DNA of 50,019 bases from a virus (taxonomy: Duplodnaviria > Heunggongvirae > Uroviricota > Caudoviricetes): the IMG/VR virus record IMGVR_UViG_3300047560_001314; one strand, given 5' to 3'. Positions 34,138 to 43,672 of this stretch are shown here, one piece after another; position 1 is the first letter of the stretch; each line of letters begins with the position of its first letter. The notes below the pieces were generated by a model. That model saw only the letters and a list, made by a program, of their open reading frames with translations, made no database searches and was not told the origin of the DNA. The position numbers and the translations under genes were made by a program.

Positions 34138-34542
34138 ATGAACTTAGAAAATCCAAATAAAAAGCGTAAGAACTTGCCCAAAATGAAGGGTCAAGTTGGA
34201 GAATCCCGTGTTAAGGTTATTGAAAAGCATTATGACTGGGGCCTATATGTTTACAAGAAGGCCGATGGTAAGTGGTTCACTGACGGTACTGGATCTGTTC
34301 TAAACATTGAATCCATGAAGGGTGATATTTCTGCTATCTCTAAGTTGAAAGATGCAGCAAAATATTACGGGGATCCAGGAGATGGAACATGTGTATTTGT
34401 TCCAGGACTTACAAGAATTACAGAAGAAGAATACTCTGAGCAAAAGCAAAGACTTGCAGAAGGCCTTATTCCATCTATGAACGACCTTGGTGCTTGGAAG
34501 GCTGCTCAAGATACATACAATAAGTATGGAAGTGAAGACTAA
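34138..34542 (+). CDS. Conserved-looking hypothetical protein upstream of portal
   Basis: ORF track; likely leaderless start 7 nt after TGGTATACT. Confidence 0.75.
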   Translation: MNLENPNKKRKNLPKMKGQVGESRVKVIEKHYDWGLYVYKKADGKWFTDGTGSVLNIESMKGDISAISKLKDAAKYYGDPGDGTCVFVPGLTRITEEEYSEQKQRLAEGLIPSMNDLGAWKAAQDTYNKYGSED

Positions 34543-36143
34543 TGTCAGATGAGTTAAGAATACCTGCAAGAATTGATGATCTTCCAAAAGAAGATGATAC
34601 TTTTATTAAACAAGATCCATTCAATAAGTCTTGGGACGATCTAAAGTCATTAGATGGTATGGACAATAACTTCAAGCGTCGTGCTACAAGAATGTCAAAG
34701 GTTGACGCACCACAAGGGTACATTGATTCTGCAAGAGCAGAAAGCACAGGTATTGGCGGGGCAAAGTCAAAAGAAATTAATCCAGGACTCATCTACCGCA
34801 ATGGCTACGGACTATTTGATGTAATCACACCACCATGGAATTTATATGAATTAGCAAACTACTACGATACATCATTTGCAAACCATGCTGCTATTGATGC
34901 TAAGGTAGAAAATATTGTTGGACTTGGTTATGATTTTGAAATATCATCTAGAACAATGTTGAAGTTAGAATCATCTACAGATAAAGAAGCGGTTGCTCGT
35001 GCTCGTAAGAGAATTGAGAGAGCAAAGATTGAGGTCCGTGATTGGTTAGAGTCTTTAAATGATGAAGACTCGTTTACTGCATCTATGGAAAAAGTTTTTA
35101 CAGATCTTCAGGCAACTGGAAATGGATACCTTGAAATTGGTAGAACGATTAAGGGTGAGATTGGATATGTAGGACATATTCCTGCAACTACAATTCGTGT
35201 TCGTAGACTTCGTGATGGCTTTGTTCAAGTTATTGGAAACAAGGTTGTTTACTTCCGTAACTTTGGTGCTACAAATCCAAACCCACTTGGAACAGATCCA
35301 AGACCAAATGAGATTATTCACTTTAAGTCATATTCGCCACTGAACACATTCTATGGTGTTCCAGATATTTTGTCAGCAATCAACTCTCTCTATGGAGACT
35401 CACTTGCAGCACAGTACAACATTGATTACTTTAGCAATAAGGCTGTACCAAGATATGTTGTAACATTGAAGGGTGCAAAGTTATCTCCTGAAGCAGAAGA
35501 CAAGATGTTCCGATTCTTGCAGACTGGACTTAAGGGGCAAAACCACAGAACTCTTTATATTCCACTTCCAGGAGATTCAGATACAAATAAGGTTGACTTT
35601 AAGATGGAGCCAATTGAAAATGGAATTCAGGAAGGTTCATTTAAAGAATACCGCAAGCAAAATCGTGATGACATCCTTGTTGCACACCAAGTGCCACTAT
35701 CTAAACTTGGTGGAGCAGACTCAGCAGCAATCGCTGCAGCACTTGCTCAAGACCGTACATTTAAAGAGCAAGTTGCTCGTCCAGCACAAGATAAGTTAAA
35801 TAAGATGGTAAACAAGATCATTCGTGAAAAAACAGATATCTTAGATTTTAAGTTTAACGAACTAACCCTTACAGATGAAATTGCTCAGTCACAAATCCTT
35901 GAGCGCTATGTTAAGAACCAGATCATGCTTCCAAATGAAGCAAGAGTTATTCTTGGAATGCCACAGCGTGAGGGTGGAGATGAGCCACTTCAGACAAAAC
36001 CTGAAGCAACAAATAATCCTGCAGATCGTGAAAGAGATGCAGAAAGAGTTAACAACCAATCAGATGGATCTGCAACCGTTGCTGGTCGTAACCCAAAGGG
36101 TGAAGGCCGTAAGTTTGATGACCTGTCTGAAATGTCCGAATAG
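34542..36143 (+). CDS. Portal protein (PBSX/HK97-like)
   Basis: 533 aa; GNGYLEI, GHIPA, EIIHFK, YGVP, YFSNKAVP motifs; position before the protease. Confidence 0.9.
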   Translation: MSDELRIPARIDDLPKEDDTFIKQDPFNKSWDDLKSLDGMDNNFKRRATRMSKVDAPQGYIDSARAESTGIGGAKSKEINPGLIYRNGYGLFDVITPPWNLYELANYYDTSFANHAAIDAKVENIVGLGYDFEISSRTMLKLESSTDKEAVARARKRIERAKIEVRDWLESLNDEDSFTASMEKVFTDLQATGNGYLEIGRTIKGEIGYVGHIPATTIRVRRLRDGFVQVIGNKVVYFRNFGATNPNPLGTDPRPNEIIHFKSYSPLNTFYGVPDILSAINSLYGDSLAAQYNIDYFSNKAVPRYVVTLKGAKLSPEAEDKMFRFLQTGLKGQNHRTLYIPLPGDSDTNKVDFKMEPIENGIQEGSFKEYRKQNRDDILVAHQVPLSKLGGADSAAIAAALAQDRTFKEQVARPAQDKLNKMVNKIIREKTDILDFKFNELTLTDEIAQSQILERYVKNQIMLPNEARVILGMPQREGGDEPLQTKPEATNNPADRERDAERVNNQSDGSATVAGRNPKGEGRKFDDLSEMSE

Positions 36144-36180
36144 TAACAATTAATAAAAAAGGGTATATAATAGAATAACC

Positions 36181-37512
36181 ATGACCATCTCTAAAGCCCA
36201 TTGGAATTCAGAAGGTGACAATCTTCGCCTTTCTATGCCATTCAGTAAAGTCGACAAAGAAAGACGCACAGTCTCAGGTTTTGCATCTCTAGATAATCTA
36301 GATAAGCAGATGGACATCGTTACAGCAGAAGCATCTATGGCAGCATTTGCAAAGTTCCGTGGTAACATTCGTGAAATGCACCAGCCATCAGCAGTAGGCA
36401 AAATGGTAAACTTTAAAGAAGATAAGTATTTTGATCCAGAGACAAAGAAGTTTTATAAGGGCGTTTATGTCTCCGCCTATATTTCAAAAGGCGCACAGGA
36501 TGCATGGGAAAAGGTTCTTGATGGAACCTACACTGGTTTTTCTATCGGCGGTAGAATGAATAAGTGGGATGACGCTTATGATGAGAAGTCAGATTCACAA
36601 ATTAGAATTATTAAAGAATATGATTTGGTAGAGTTGAGTCTTGTAGATTCACCAGCAAATCAATTTGCAAATATTGTTTCAGTAGAAAAGGTTGATGGTA
36701 TTGATATGATCAAGGGTGATGAAACTGTAATTGAAAATGTTTTTTGGGACAAGGAATCTGGAATTGTTACTGTTTCAGAGAATGAGTCAGAGGTTAGCCC
36801 AGTTTCTGGTGAACCAATGAAGAATATAGGGTTCGTTGAAAAAACGGATAATGAAAAAGTAAATATGATAAAGTTCTTAGTTGATAGTGCTAAAGGCATT
36901 AATACTTCTAAGATTACCAAGGAGGTAAATCCTATGACAGAAGCAACAAATGAAGTAGTAGAAGAGATCGTTGAGAAATCTGATGCTGCAGTTGTAGAAT
37001 CAGAGGTCGCTCCAGAGGCAGATGCTAAGGCAGATACCGTAACAGAAGAAGAAACAACAGAGAAGGCTGCAAAGCCACACGCTGATGAAGAAACTCCTGC
37101 AGAAGATGCTGGCGAAACACCAGCAGATGAAGAAGCGGAAGACAAGAAGCCAATGGCACCAAAGTCAGATGAAGTAATTGCAGAGTCAATTGCAGAAATC
37201 AAGAACACTCTAACATCAGCCTTTAGCGATCTAGTATCAACAGTCAAGTCATTACAAGCCGAAGTGGAAGCACTTAAGGTTTCTAAGGTTGATGTTGATG
37301 TAGTAAAGGAATCATTTGATTCAGTAGCAAAAGATATTGCTGCAGTATCAACTGGTTTTAATGAGTTTGGTAAGCGTGTAGATGCTGTAGAAGCAGACAC
37401 CGCTTTCCGAAAGTCTGGCGATCTCGGCGAGATTGTACAGGATCAACCTGTAATGGTTGAAAAATCCCTATGGGGCGGTAGTTTCCTCAAAACAGCCGAT
37501 CTATTAAGTTAG
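36181..37512 (+). CDS. Prohead protease (HK97-type) fused to acidic scaffold
   Basis: VSGFAS, NIREMH, GFSIGG, ELSLVDSPANQ; acidic coiled-coil C-half. Confidence 0.88.
   Translation: MTISKAHWNSEGDNLRLSMPFSKVDKERRTVSGFASLDNLDKQMDIVTAEASMAAFAKFRGNIREMHQPSAVGKMVNFKEDKYFDPETKKFYKGVYVSAYISKGAQDAWEKVLDGTYTGFSIGGRMNKWDDAYDEKSDSQIRIIKEYDLVELSLVDSPANQFANIVSVEKVDGIDMIKGDETVIENVFWDKESGIVTVSENESEVSPVSGEPMKNIGFVEKTDNEKVNMIKFLVDSAKGINTSKITKEVNPMTEATNEVVEEIVEKSDAAVVESEVAPEADAKADTVTEEETTEKAAKPHADEETPAEDAGETPADEEAEDKKPMAPKSDEVIAESIAEIKNTLTSAFSDLVSTVKSLQAEVEALKVSKVDVDVVKESFDSVAKDIAAVSTGFNEFGKRVDAVEADTAFRKSGDLGEIVQDQPVMVEKSLWGGSFLKTADLLS
36934..37512 (+). CDS. Nested in-frame scaffold protein (internal start)
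   Basis: AAGGAGGT at 36919-36926, 7 nt before in-frame ATG 36934 (MTEATNEVVEE). Confidence 0.6.
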   Translation: MTEATNEVVEEIVEKSDAAVVESEVAPEADAKADTVTEEETTEKAAKPHADEETPAEDAGETPADEEAEDKKPMAPKSDEVIAESIAEIKNTLTSAFSDLVSTVKSLQAEVEALKVSKVDVDVVKESFDSVAKDIAAVSTGFNEFGKRVDAVEADTAFRKSGDLGEIVQDQPVMVEKSLWGGSFLKTADLLS

Positions 37513-37533
37513 AAAATCACAGGAGGTGACAAT

Positions 37534-38691
37534 ATGTCGGAACAAAATACAGAAATAATCAAGAACCAGCCTGGAACAACAGGTGAACTAGGTGGAACAG
37601 CACCAGGACTCTATCAGGGTCAAGGCGCATTTGCATCAGGTTCAACAGCAGGTTCAAACGTACCAGGTAACTATACCGATGGTGGTGCATTGGGTAATAT
37701 CCCAGTTGCAAGCCTAGGTGTTACAGATGGTCCAAACGCAGTAAATCCTTCAGGTGAGGCTGGAAGCGGAATCCTCCGCCCAGAGCAAGCACGTCGTTTT
37801 ATTGACTACGTGTGGGATGCTACAATCCTCGCCCAAGATGGCCGTCGTGTTACTATGAGAGCCAATACAATGGAACTCGAAAAGGTAAACGTCGGAGAGC
37901 GTGTTATTCGTGCAGCAGCGCAAGCAGTTGGCGATTATACAAACGCAGGTGCAACATTCTCAAAGGTTGAATTGACTACAAAGAAGATTCGTCTTGACTG
38001 GGAAGTATCTGCAGAAGCACTAGAAGATAACATCGAAGGTGCAGCACTAGAAGATCATATCGTTCGTCTTATGACAAACGCATTTGGTAATGACATTGAG
38101 GACCTTGCCATTAACGGTACAGGTGACTCAGGAGACGGCGCATTCCTCGGAATCATGAACGGTTTCGTAAACCGTGTAAAGAACGATGGAGATGCACACG
38201 AAGCAGTTGTTACAGTATCTAACGATAACTGGACAACAGATGCTATGCAGAAGATCATTCTTGCAATGCCACGTAAGTACCGTGCACTTAAGTCAAACCT
38301 TAAGTTCTACGCAGGTACAGATGCATTCCAGGGAATCATCAAGAACAACGGTACACTTGCTGACGCAATCGCTGAAGCATTCGCTGGTACACCAGCAGGT
38401 ACCCCTGCAAACCGTCAGGCATACCTTGATGGTCAAGGACAGACATTCGGTGGAGCACGTACAACTCGTGTTCTCGGAATCGATGTTCAAGAAGTTCCTT
38501 ACTACCCTTCAGGTTATGTCGATTTGACATTCCCACAGAACCGTGTATGGGGCTTCCAGCGTGATATCACTGTTAACCGTGAGTACAAGCCAAAGAAGGA
38601 CACTGTAGAGTATACAGTCTTCGTTCGCTTCGGTATTCAATGGGAAGAGCAGGATGCTATTGCGTTCGCTGATGCTGCAGCAGATGCATAA
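37534..38691 (+). CDS. Major capsid protein (HK97 fold)
   Basis: 385 aa after the protease; GILRPEQARRFIDY...EALEDNIEG; strong AGGAGG RBS; biased codon usage; followed by a terminator. Confidence 0.9.
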   Translation: MSEQNTEIIKNQPGTTGELGGTAPGLYQGQGAFASGSTAGSNVPGNYTDGGALGNIPVASLGVTDGPNAVNPSGEAGSGILRPEQARRFIDYVWDATILAQDGRRVTMRANTMELEKVNVGERVIRAAAQAVGDYTNAGATFSKVELTTKKIRLDWEVSAEALEDNIEGAALEDHIVRLMTNAFGNDIEDLAINGTGDSGDGAFLGIMNGFVNRVKNDGDAHEAVVTVSNDNWTTDAMQKIILAMPRKYRALKSNLKFYAGTDAFQGIIKNNGTLADAIAEAFAGTPAGTPANRQAYLDGQGQTFGGARTTRVLGIDVQEVPYYPSGYVDLTFPQNRVWGFQRDITVNREYKPKKDTVEYTVFVRFGIQWEEQDAIAFADAAADA

Positions 38692-38712
38692 TCTGTAAAC
38701 AGTACATTTTAG

Positions 38713-38742
38713 GGGGAGTAGGAGTTAACGCTCCTGCTCCCC
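38713..38742 (+). terminator. Terminator after MCP
   Basis: GGGGAGTAGGAG-ttaacg-CTCCTGCTCCCC. Confidence 0.8.
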
Positions 38743-38781
38743 TTATCACTTATAATGATATAATACTACAAGGAGGTAATC

Positions 38782-39249
38782 ATGGAAAATTTAAATAATC
38801 CAGTTGAAGAAAAGATTGAAGAGCCTATTGTTGAAGCAGCACCAGTTGTTGAAGAAACACCTGTTGTTGAGCAAGCGCCAGTTGCTGAAGAGGTAGCACC
38901 AGAACCTGTAAAGGAAGAGGAAGCACCAAAGGCAGAAGAGCCAACAGCAATTCGTACAACAGATTTTGGTACTTCATCACTAGAACAACAAGCAGTAGGG
39001 TCAGTTGCTAATGGAGCAATTGGTGTAACTACAGCACCTAAGTCAGCACCAAAGAAGGCTGCTGCTAAGAAGGCTGAAAAGCCAGAGACAGTCGCAATTC
39101 ACTCTACAAAGAATGTTACTTGGGAAGGTGTTGGTAAGGTCTACCGTGGCTACAACATCGTAACTAAGGAAGCATCTGAGAAGTGGCTTACAAGATCACA
39201 TACTCGTCTTGCTACACCTGAAGAGGTTGCAAAGGAATTTGGTAAGTAA
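38782..39249 (+). CDS. Hypothetical head-associated protein (acidic/Pro-rich N-half)
   Basis: AAGGAGG RBS; own TGATATAAT promoter. Confidence 0.75.
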   Translation: MENLNNPVEEKIEEPIVEAAPVVEETPVVEQAPVAEEVAPEPVKEEEAPKAEEPTAIRTTDFGTSSLEQQAVGSVANGAIGVTTAPKSAPKKAAAKKAEKPETVAIHSTKNVTWEGVGKVYRGYNIVTKEASEKWLTRSHTRLATPEEVAKEFGK

Positions 39250-39252
39250 GCA

Positions 39253-40161
39253 ATGGAAGTAATGAGAGTTCCACCATATCCTATCACAACAACATGGACT
39301 TTGCCATACCCAAATTATGAGTATGTGGTCTATGTTGAGGATTTGGTGGACCACTCATTTACTGAGACAAACATGGTATCTGATGAAAATGGCATTATTG
39401 TTTATGAGTTGCCACTTGCACAGGTGCAATATGACCGCAAGTTCTTTATTAAGTTTTATGACACAGAGCATGAACATACTCTCTATGAGAGCAACCTAGA
39501 TATTATTCGCCCATATGTTAATCCAGAAACTTTGGGCACAACAGCATCTGAGATCGCAGAATATAAAATGCTTGAACTCGTTGCTAGATCAATTATTGAT
39601 ACACAAATTAACGATGGCTTTTATAACCACAAGCAAGTTATCCAGTGCGTAGGCCAGGGTACAGATTATTTACCATTATGGGTAGATTCATACAAGGTAT
39701 TAAAGGTATATGAAAACAATGTACTCGTATACGATGTAGAAACACCAGAAGCAAACATTTATGATTATAAAATTACGCTAGATAATACAGCAATTCAGAG
39801 AACAATTACTGAAGCATTTAATAGAAATGAAATTGCACCACCAAGCATTCCAGTTGCTCGTGGTGATCTTGGTTATTATGGATATCAAGCAGTAGCATTT
39901 CCAAATGGATATGACTACACATTAATTGTTGATACTGGATACAAGGCTATTCCGCCAGATGTTGAGTACGCAACCAAACTTCTTATTGAAGATATTAAGT
40001 GTGGAAAACTTGATTATTATAAGAGATATGTTACTGCATATAACACAGATCAGTTTAGAATTCAGTTTGACAAGGCGTTGTTCAGTGGAACTGGTAACCT
40101 CATAGTAGATAAGATTTTGGATAAGTACTCAAATACAATTACCAAACCAGGATTGCTATAA
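39253..40161 (+). CDS. Head-to-tail adaptor
   Basis: Position; C-terminal GYKAIPPDVEYATKLL adaptor-type motif. Confidence 0.7.
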   Translation: MEVMRVPPYPITTTWTLPYPNYEYVVYVEDLVDHSFTETNMVSDENGIIVYELPLAQVQYDRKFFIKFYDTEHEHTLYESNLDIIRPYVNPETLGTTASEIAEYKMLELVARSIIDTQINDGFYNHKQVIQCVGQGTDYLPLWVDSYKVLKVYENNVLVYDVETPEANIYDYKITLDNTAIQRTITEAFNRNEIAPPSIPVARGDLGYYGYQAVAFPNGYDYTLIVDTGYKAIPPDVEYATKLLIEDIKCGKLDYYKRYVTAYNTDQFRIQFDKALFSGTGNLIVDKILDKYSNTITKPGLL

Positions 40162-40607
40162 TGATTTGCGAAACACCTGACTTTACATTTCCGATGCAGG
40201 CTGATGTCTTTTATCCTGTCGTAGAACAAGGGCTGTATGGAGATATCAAAAAGCAGTGGATCATTGATAGAACAATTATTGGCAACTTTATTCCAGCAGG
40301 CAATGCGGGTAAGGAAGAAGTTCAGCCTAATGTCAATATTACAAAAGATGTTATTCTTGTGGGCAGAATTAAAAATGACATTCGCATTTCCAGTTTAGAT
40401 AACGATAATGCTATTACAAATGTTTTGGTAACCAATATTAAGGATAGAAACTCTAAGCAGATTTATATGGAAACATCTGGTGTTAGAAAAGGCAAAGCAA
40501 CAATATTTGAAGTTGCGACACAAGAGCCTTACACAGGTCCATTTGGTACAGTTGAATACTACAATGTTGTTTTGAGAAGGTCAGAGAACCAGGCGAGTGA
40601 CCTATGA
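40161..40607 (+). CDS. Head closure/stopper protein
   Basis: Position, size and beta-rich sequence. Confidence 0.6.
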   Translation: MICETPDFTFPMQADVFYPVVEQGLYGDIKKQWIIDRTIIGNFIPAGNAGKEEVQPNVNITKDVILVGRIKNDIRISSLDNDNAITNVLVTNIKDRNSKQIYMETSGVRKGKATIFEVATQEPYTGPFGTVEYYNVVLRRSENQASDL

Positions 40608-41278
40608 TAAAGTTAAAATTTGATACAAAGGCTTTTAACAAAGAACTTAAGAATATTATTGATTATTCTGCAGGATTTGTTGATGGTGTGCAAACTGGTA
40701 AAAAAGAATTTCTCAACAGCCTTGGTCCAGAGATAGCAGAGCAAGCATCTCAGTTTATTGACATTAATGCTAGAGTAGACTATCAATCATTACACCATGT
40801 TTATGAGTGGGGTAAAACAGGGGATGCATCAGACAGACTCTTCGATATAACCTATACAGTAAGCAACCTAGGTCTTTCCTTTACCTCTAACTTTAGACAG
40901 TCTACAAGCGTCCAGCAAGGCTCTAAAACACCATTCTATGACAAGGCGTCAATTATGGAAAGTGGAAGATCTGTGACAATTGCTCCAGTCCAATCTGAGG
41001 TTTTAAGATTTGAAGTTGGTGGAGAAACTGTTTATACAAAGAAGCCAGTAACCGTAGCAAATCCTGGGGGAAATACACAGGGTCAGTTTGCGAATGTCTT
41101 TGATATGTTTTTTGGCAAATACTTTACACAAGCGTTTTTAAGATCTAGTGGTTTGGCTCAGTACTTTAGTAATCCAGAAGTATATAAAAAGAATCTGGCA
41201 AGCGGAGCAAAGCAGGGTAGAGCAAGAGGCATGGCTATTGGAAATAGATGGATAGCAAATGCAGGGAGGGCAGTATAA
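40604..41278 (+). CDS. Neck/tail-completion protein
   Basis: Position between closure and terminator genes. Confidence 0.5.
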   Translation: MIKLKFDTKAFNKELKNIIDYSAGFVDGVQTGKKEFLNSLGPEIAEQASQFIDINARVDYQSLHHVYEWGKTGDASDRLFDITYTVSNLGLSFTSNFRQSTSVQQGSKTPFYDKASIMESGRSVTIAPVQSEVLRFEVGGETVYTKKPVTVANPGGNTQGQFANVFDMFFGKYFTQAFLRSSGLAQYFSNPEVYKKNLASGAKQGRARGMAIGNRWIANAGRAV

Positions 41279-41814
41279 TGGCAGAGACAACACTTAATAC
41301 TCCAATGCTTTGGATTAACAAATACCTACAAGAAAAAATATTTAATGACACGGATATTGCTGTCCCATTCTTTCCAGCAAGACCAAGCACACTTGATGAC
41401 CTGACCGAACAGTGGATTGTTATTAATGATGAGCGTGTATCTTATAGTGGCGTTGTTTCTACATATGATAGGCTCGTTAGAATGAGAAGAAGCCCTTTCC
41501 CACATATTAAGCAAGAGCAGGCACTTTATTACTTTTATGCGACACAGGAAGATGTGACTGCCAATATGGTACAGATCCAAGAGGCTGTTCTAAGATTAAT
41601 GGATAGAGAAGATGAAACAGCAGAAGAGATCAACGAGTGGGCAAAAGGAAAGACATTTGGTGGTTTAAAAAATAAGTTCTACTTCCATAAATTTAGGGTA
41701 TATCAACTAGAAGAAGTAAGGGATATTATAGATTTTGGTACAGCCAGAACCTATGGCGGAAATAAGATTATTATCGATTTTGAATATCACCAAGACTCGT
41801 CTGTTATTAATTAG
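41278..41814 (+). CDS. Tail terminator-like protein
   Basis: Position immediately before the tail tube; TAATG coupling. Confidence 0.55.
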   Translation: MAETTLNTPMLWINKYLQEKIFNDTDIAVPFFPARPSTLDDLTEQWIVINDERVSYSGVVSTYDRLVRMRRSPFPHIKQEQALYYFYATQEDVTANMVQIQEAVLRLMDREDETAEEINEWAKGKTFGGLKNKFYFHKFRVYQLEEVRDIIDFGTARTYGGNKIIIDFEYHQDSSVIN

Positions 41815-41907
41815 TGGGGTATTTTACCACAAAATGATTGAAAAGGGGTGTTATAATTATAAACGAGGAAACAGCCCTTTATTCCATAAGAAAAAAGAGG
41901 TGAAAAT

Positions 41908-42531
41908 ATGGCATATACAAGAGGTACTAGCAACAACATCATCGTTGGTGCTGCAGCACTTTTTACATACGAAGCAGGTCTCCTATCAGAGGCTGATCTT
42001 CCAACTTTCGTAAACGGAACATCATTTAAGGATACACTTTCTGATGATGCAGATTTCCGTAACGTAGGTTATACAATGAACGGACTTGAACTCCAGTTCC
42101 AGCCTGACTTCGGTGAAGTTTCAGTGGACCAGGTTCTTGACGTTGCAAAGTTGTACAAGCAGGGTATGCAGGTTAACCTAAATACCACATTTGCTGAATC
42201 TACACTTGAGAACCTTTTGTTCTCACTTGCAGGTAAGGATGCAGATCTTTCAACAGTTGGTGGAAACCCAACACTTAACCTTTCAGCGGGAGACATCGGT
42301 GAATGCCCTGTTGAGCGTGGTCTGGTTGCAGTAGGTCCAGGTACAGGTGACTGTGCAGTTGGATCATCACTTGAAAGAATTTACGTTGCATACCGTGCAC
42401 TCTCAATTGAGAATGTAACAGTATCAGCAAAGCGTGATGAGGCTACAATGTTTGAAGTTTCATTCCGTCTTCTTCCAAATGATAATGCATCATACGGTAA
42501 GATCGTTGATCGCACTATCCCAGCAGTATAA
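41908..42531 (+). CDS. Major tail tube protein
   Basis: 207 aa; NVGYTMNGLELQFQPDF; followed by a terminator and chaperones. Confidence 0.8.
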   Translation: MAYTRGTSNNIIVGAAALFTYEAGLLSEADLPTFVNGTSFKDTLSDDADFRNVGYTMNGLELQFQPDFGEVSVDQVLDVAKLYKQGMQVNLNTTFAESTLENLLFSLAGKDADLSTVGGNPTLNLSAGDIGECPVERGLVAVGPGTGDCAVGSSLERIYVAYRALSIENVTVSAKRDEATMFEVSFRLLPNDNASYGKIVDRTIPAV

Positions 42532-42550
42532 TACAATTAAATATATGAGA

Positions 42551-42577
42551 GGCCCATCCCTTCGGGGGTGGGCTTTT
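42551..42577 (+). terminator. Rho-independent terminator
   Basis: GCCCATCCC-TTCG-GGGGTGGGC-TTTT. Confidence 0.9.
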
Positions 42578-42597
42578 CTGTTTGGTATACTTGTATA

Positions 42598-43281
42598 ATG
42601 GCAACCGAAATTTATAAAACAGGCATAGTATTTTCAGTGGACGGAACTGAGTTAGAAATCTCACCACTTAAGATTAAATATCTTAGGAGATTTATGGAAG
42701 CGTTTGAAAATGTTCGTGCTGCCAAAAATGACATAGAGGCAATTTCAGCACTAGCAGTGTGTGGAGCAATCTGCATGAAGCAATTCAAACCAGAGATATC
42801 CACATCCGTTGAGGTGTTTGAGGATAACTTTGATATCAAGACTGTTTATAAAATTTTAGAGTATGCTGCAGGAATTAATGTTAACGAGAAGTCAGAAGAA
42901 TCTGTCAAAGATCAGGCGGTTAAAAGCGGATCAACTTGGGACGAACTAGACCTTGCTAAACTTGAGTCAGAGGTATTTTTGCTGGGTATTTGGAAAGACT
43001 ACAATGAACTAGAGTCTTCTTTATCTATGCAAGAGTTAACGGCCATTCTAAATGTCAAAAGAGAAGAAGACTATGCACATAAAAAATTTCTTGCAGCAAT
43101 GCAGGGGGTAGATCTAGATAAGAATACATCTAAGTCAAATGCCTGGGAAGAACTAAAGGCAAGAGTATATAGTAAGGGCCAAGCAACTGATGCAAATGAC
43201 ATTCTTGCCCTACAAGGTGTAAATGCTCAAAAGGCTGGATTTGGTATTGGAATGGGTCTAGAGTACGAAAGAATAGACTAA
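42598..43281 (+). CDS. Tail assembly chaperone, long (G+T-like) form
   Basis: Between tube and TMP; N-half homologous to 43330..43644; leaderless start 6 nt after TGGTATACT. Confidence 0.7.
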   Translation: MATEIYKTGIVFSVDGTELEISPLKIKYLRRFMEAFENVRAAKNDIEAISALAVCGAICMKQFKPEISTSVEVFEDNFDIKTVYKILEYAAGINVNEKSEESVKDQAVKSGSTWDELDLAKLESEVFLLGIWKDYNELESSLSMQELTAILNVKREEDYAHKKFLAAMQGVDLDKNTSKSNAWEELKARVYSKGQATDANDILALQGVNAQKAGFGIGMGLEYERID

Positions 43282-43329
43282 AAATAAGTATGCCCTATGG
43301 TATAATTAACTAACAAACCTAATGGAGGA

Positions 43330-43644
43330 ATGATGTCAGAAAATACAACAAAGAAGGTCACCCTTATTGACGGAACAACCGTAGAAGTTCGACCACTAAA
43401 AATTTCTTTGCTAAAGCCATTTATGAAGAGATTCCAGGATCTCGCAGAAGTATCAGAAAATAATGATGAGTCTATGGATGTTCTATTGGACTGTGTAGAG
43501 ATCGCATTTAAGCAGTACATGAAGGAAGCAGTTACTCGTGAAGAACTCGAAGAAAATATCGATCTTCCAACAGTATACGAAGTAATTGATGCAGCATCAG
43601 GTATCCAACTTACCGATCCAGCATCAATTCTTTCAGCAAGATAA
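43330..43644 (+). CDS. Tail assembly chaperone, short (G-like) paralog
   Basis: DGT.VEVRPLKI..L..FM..F...ENIDLPTVY; GGAGG RBS; own TGGTATAAT promoter. Confidence 0.7.
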   Translation: MMSENTTKKVTLIDGTTVEVRPLKISLLKPFMKRFQDLAEVSENNDESMDVLLDCVEIAFKQYMKEAVTREELEENIDLPTVYEVIDAASGIQLTDPASILSAR

Positions 43645-43672
43645 ATTAATTAAATAAGGGGTGTTATGAAAA

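Noticed and set aside
36660-37400. 246-aa minus-strand Ser-rich ORF
   Set aside because: Shadow of the acidic scaffold region, caused by codon bias leaving the antisense frame open
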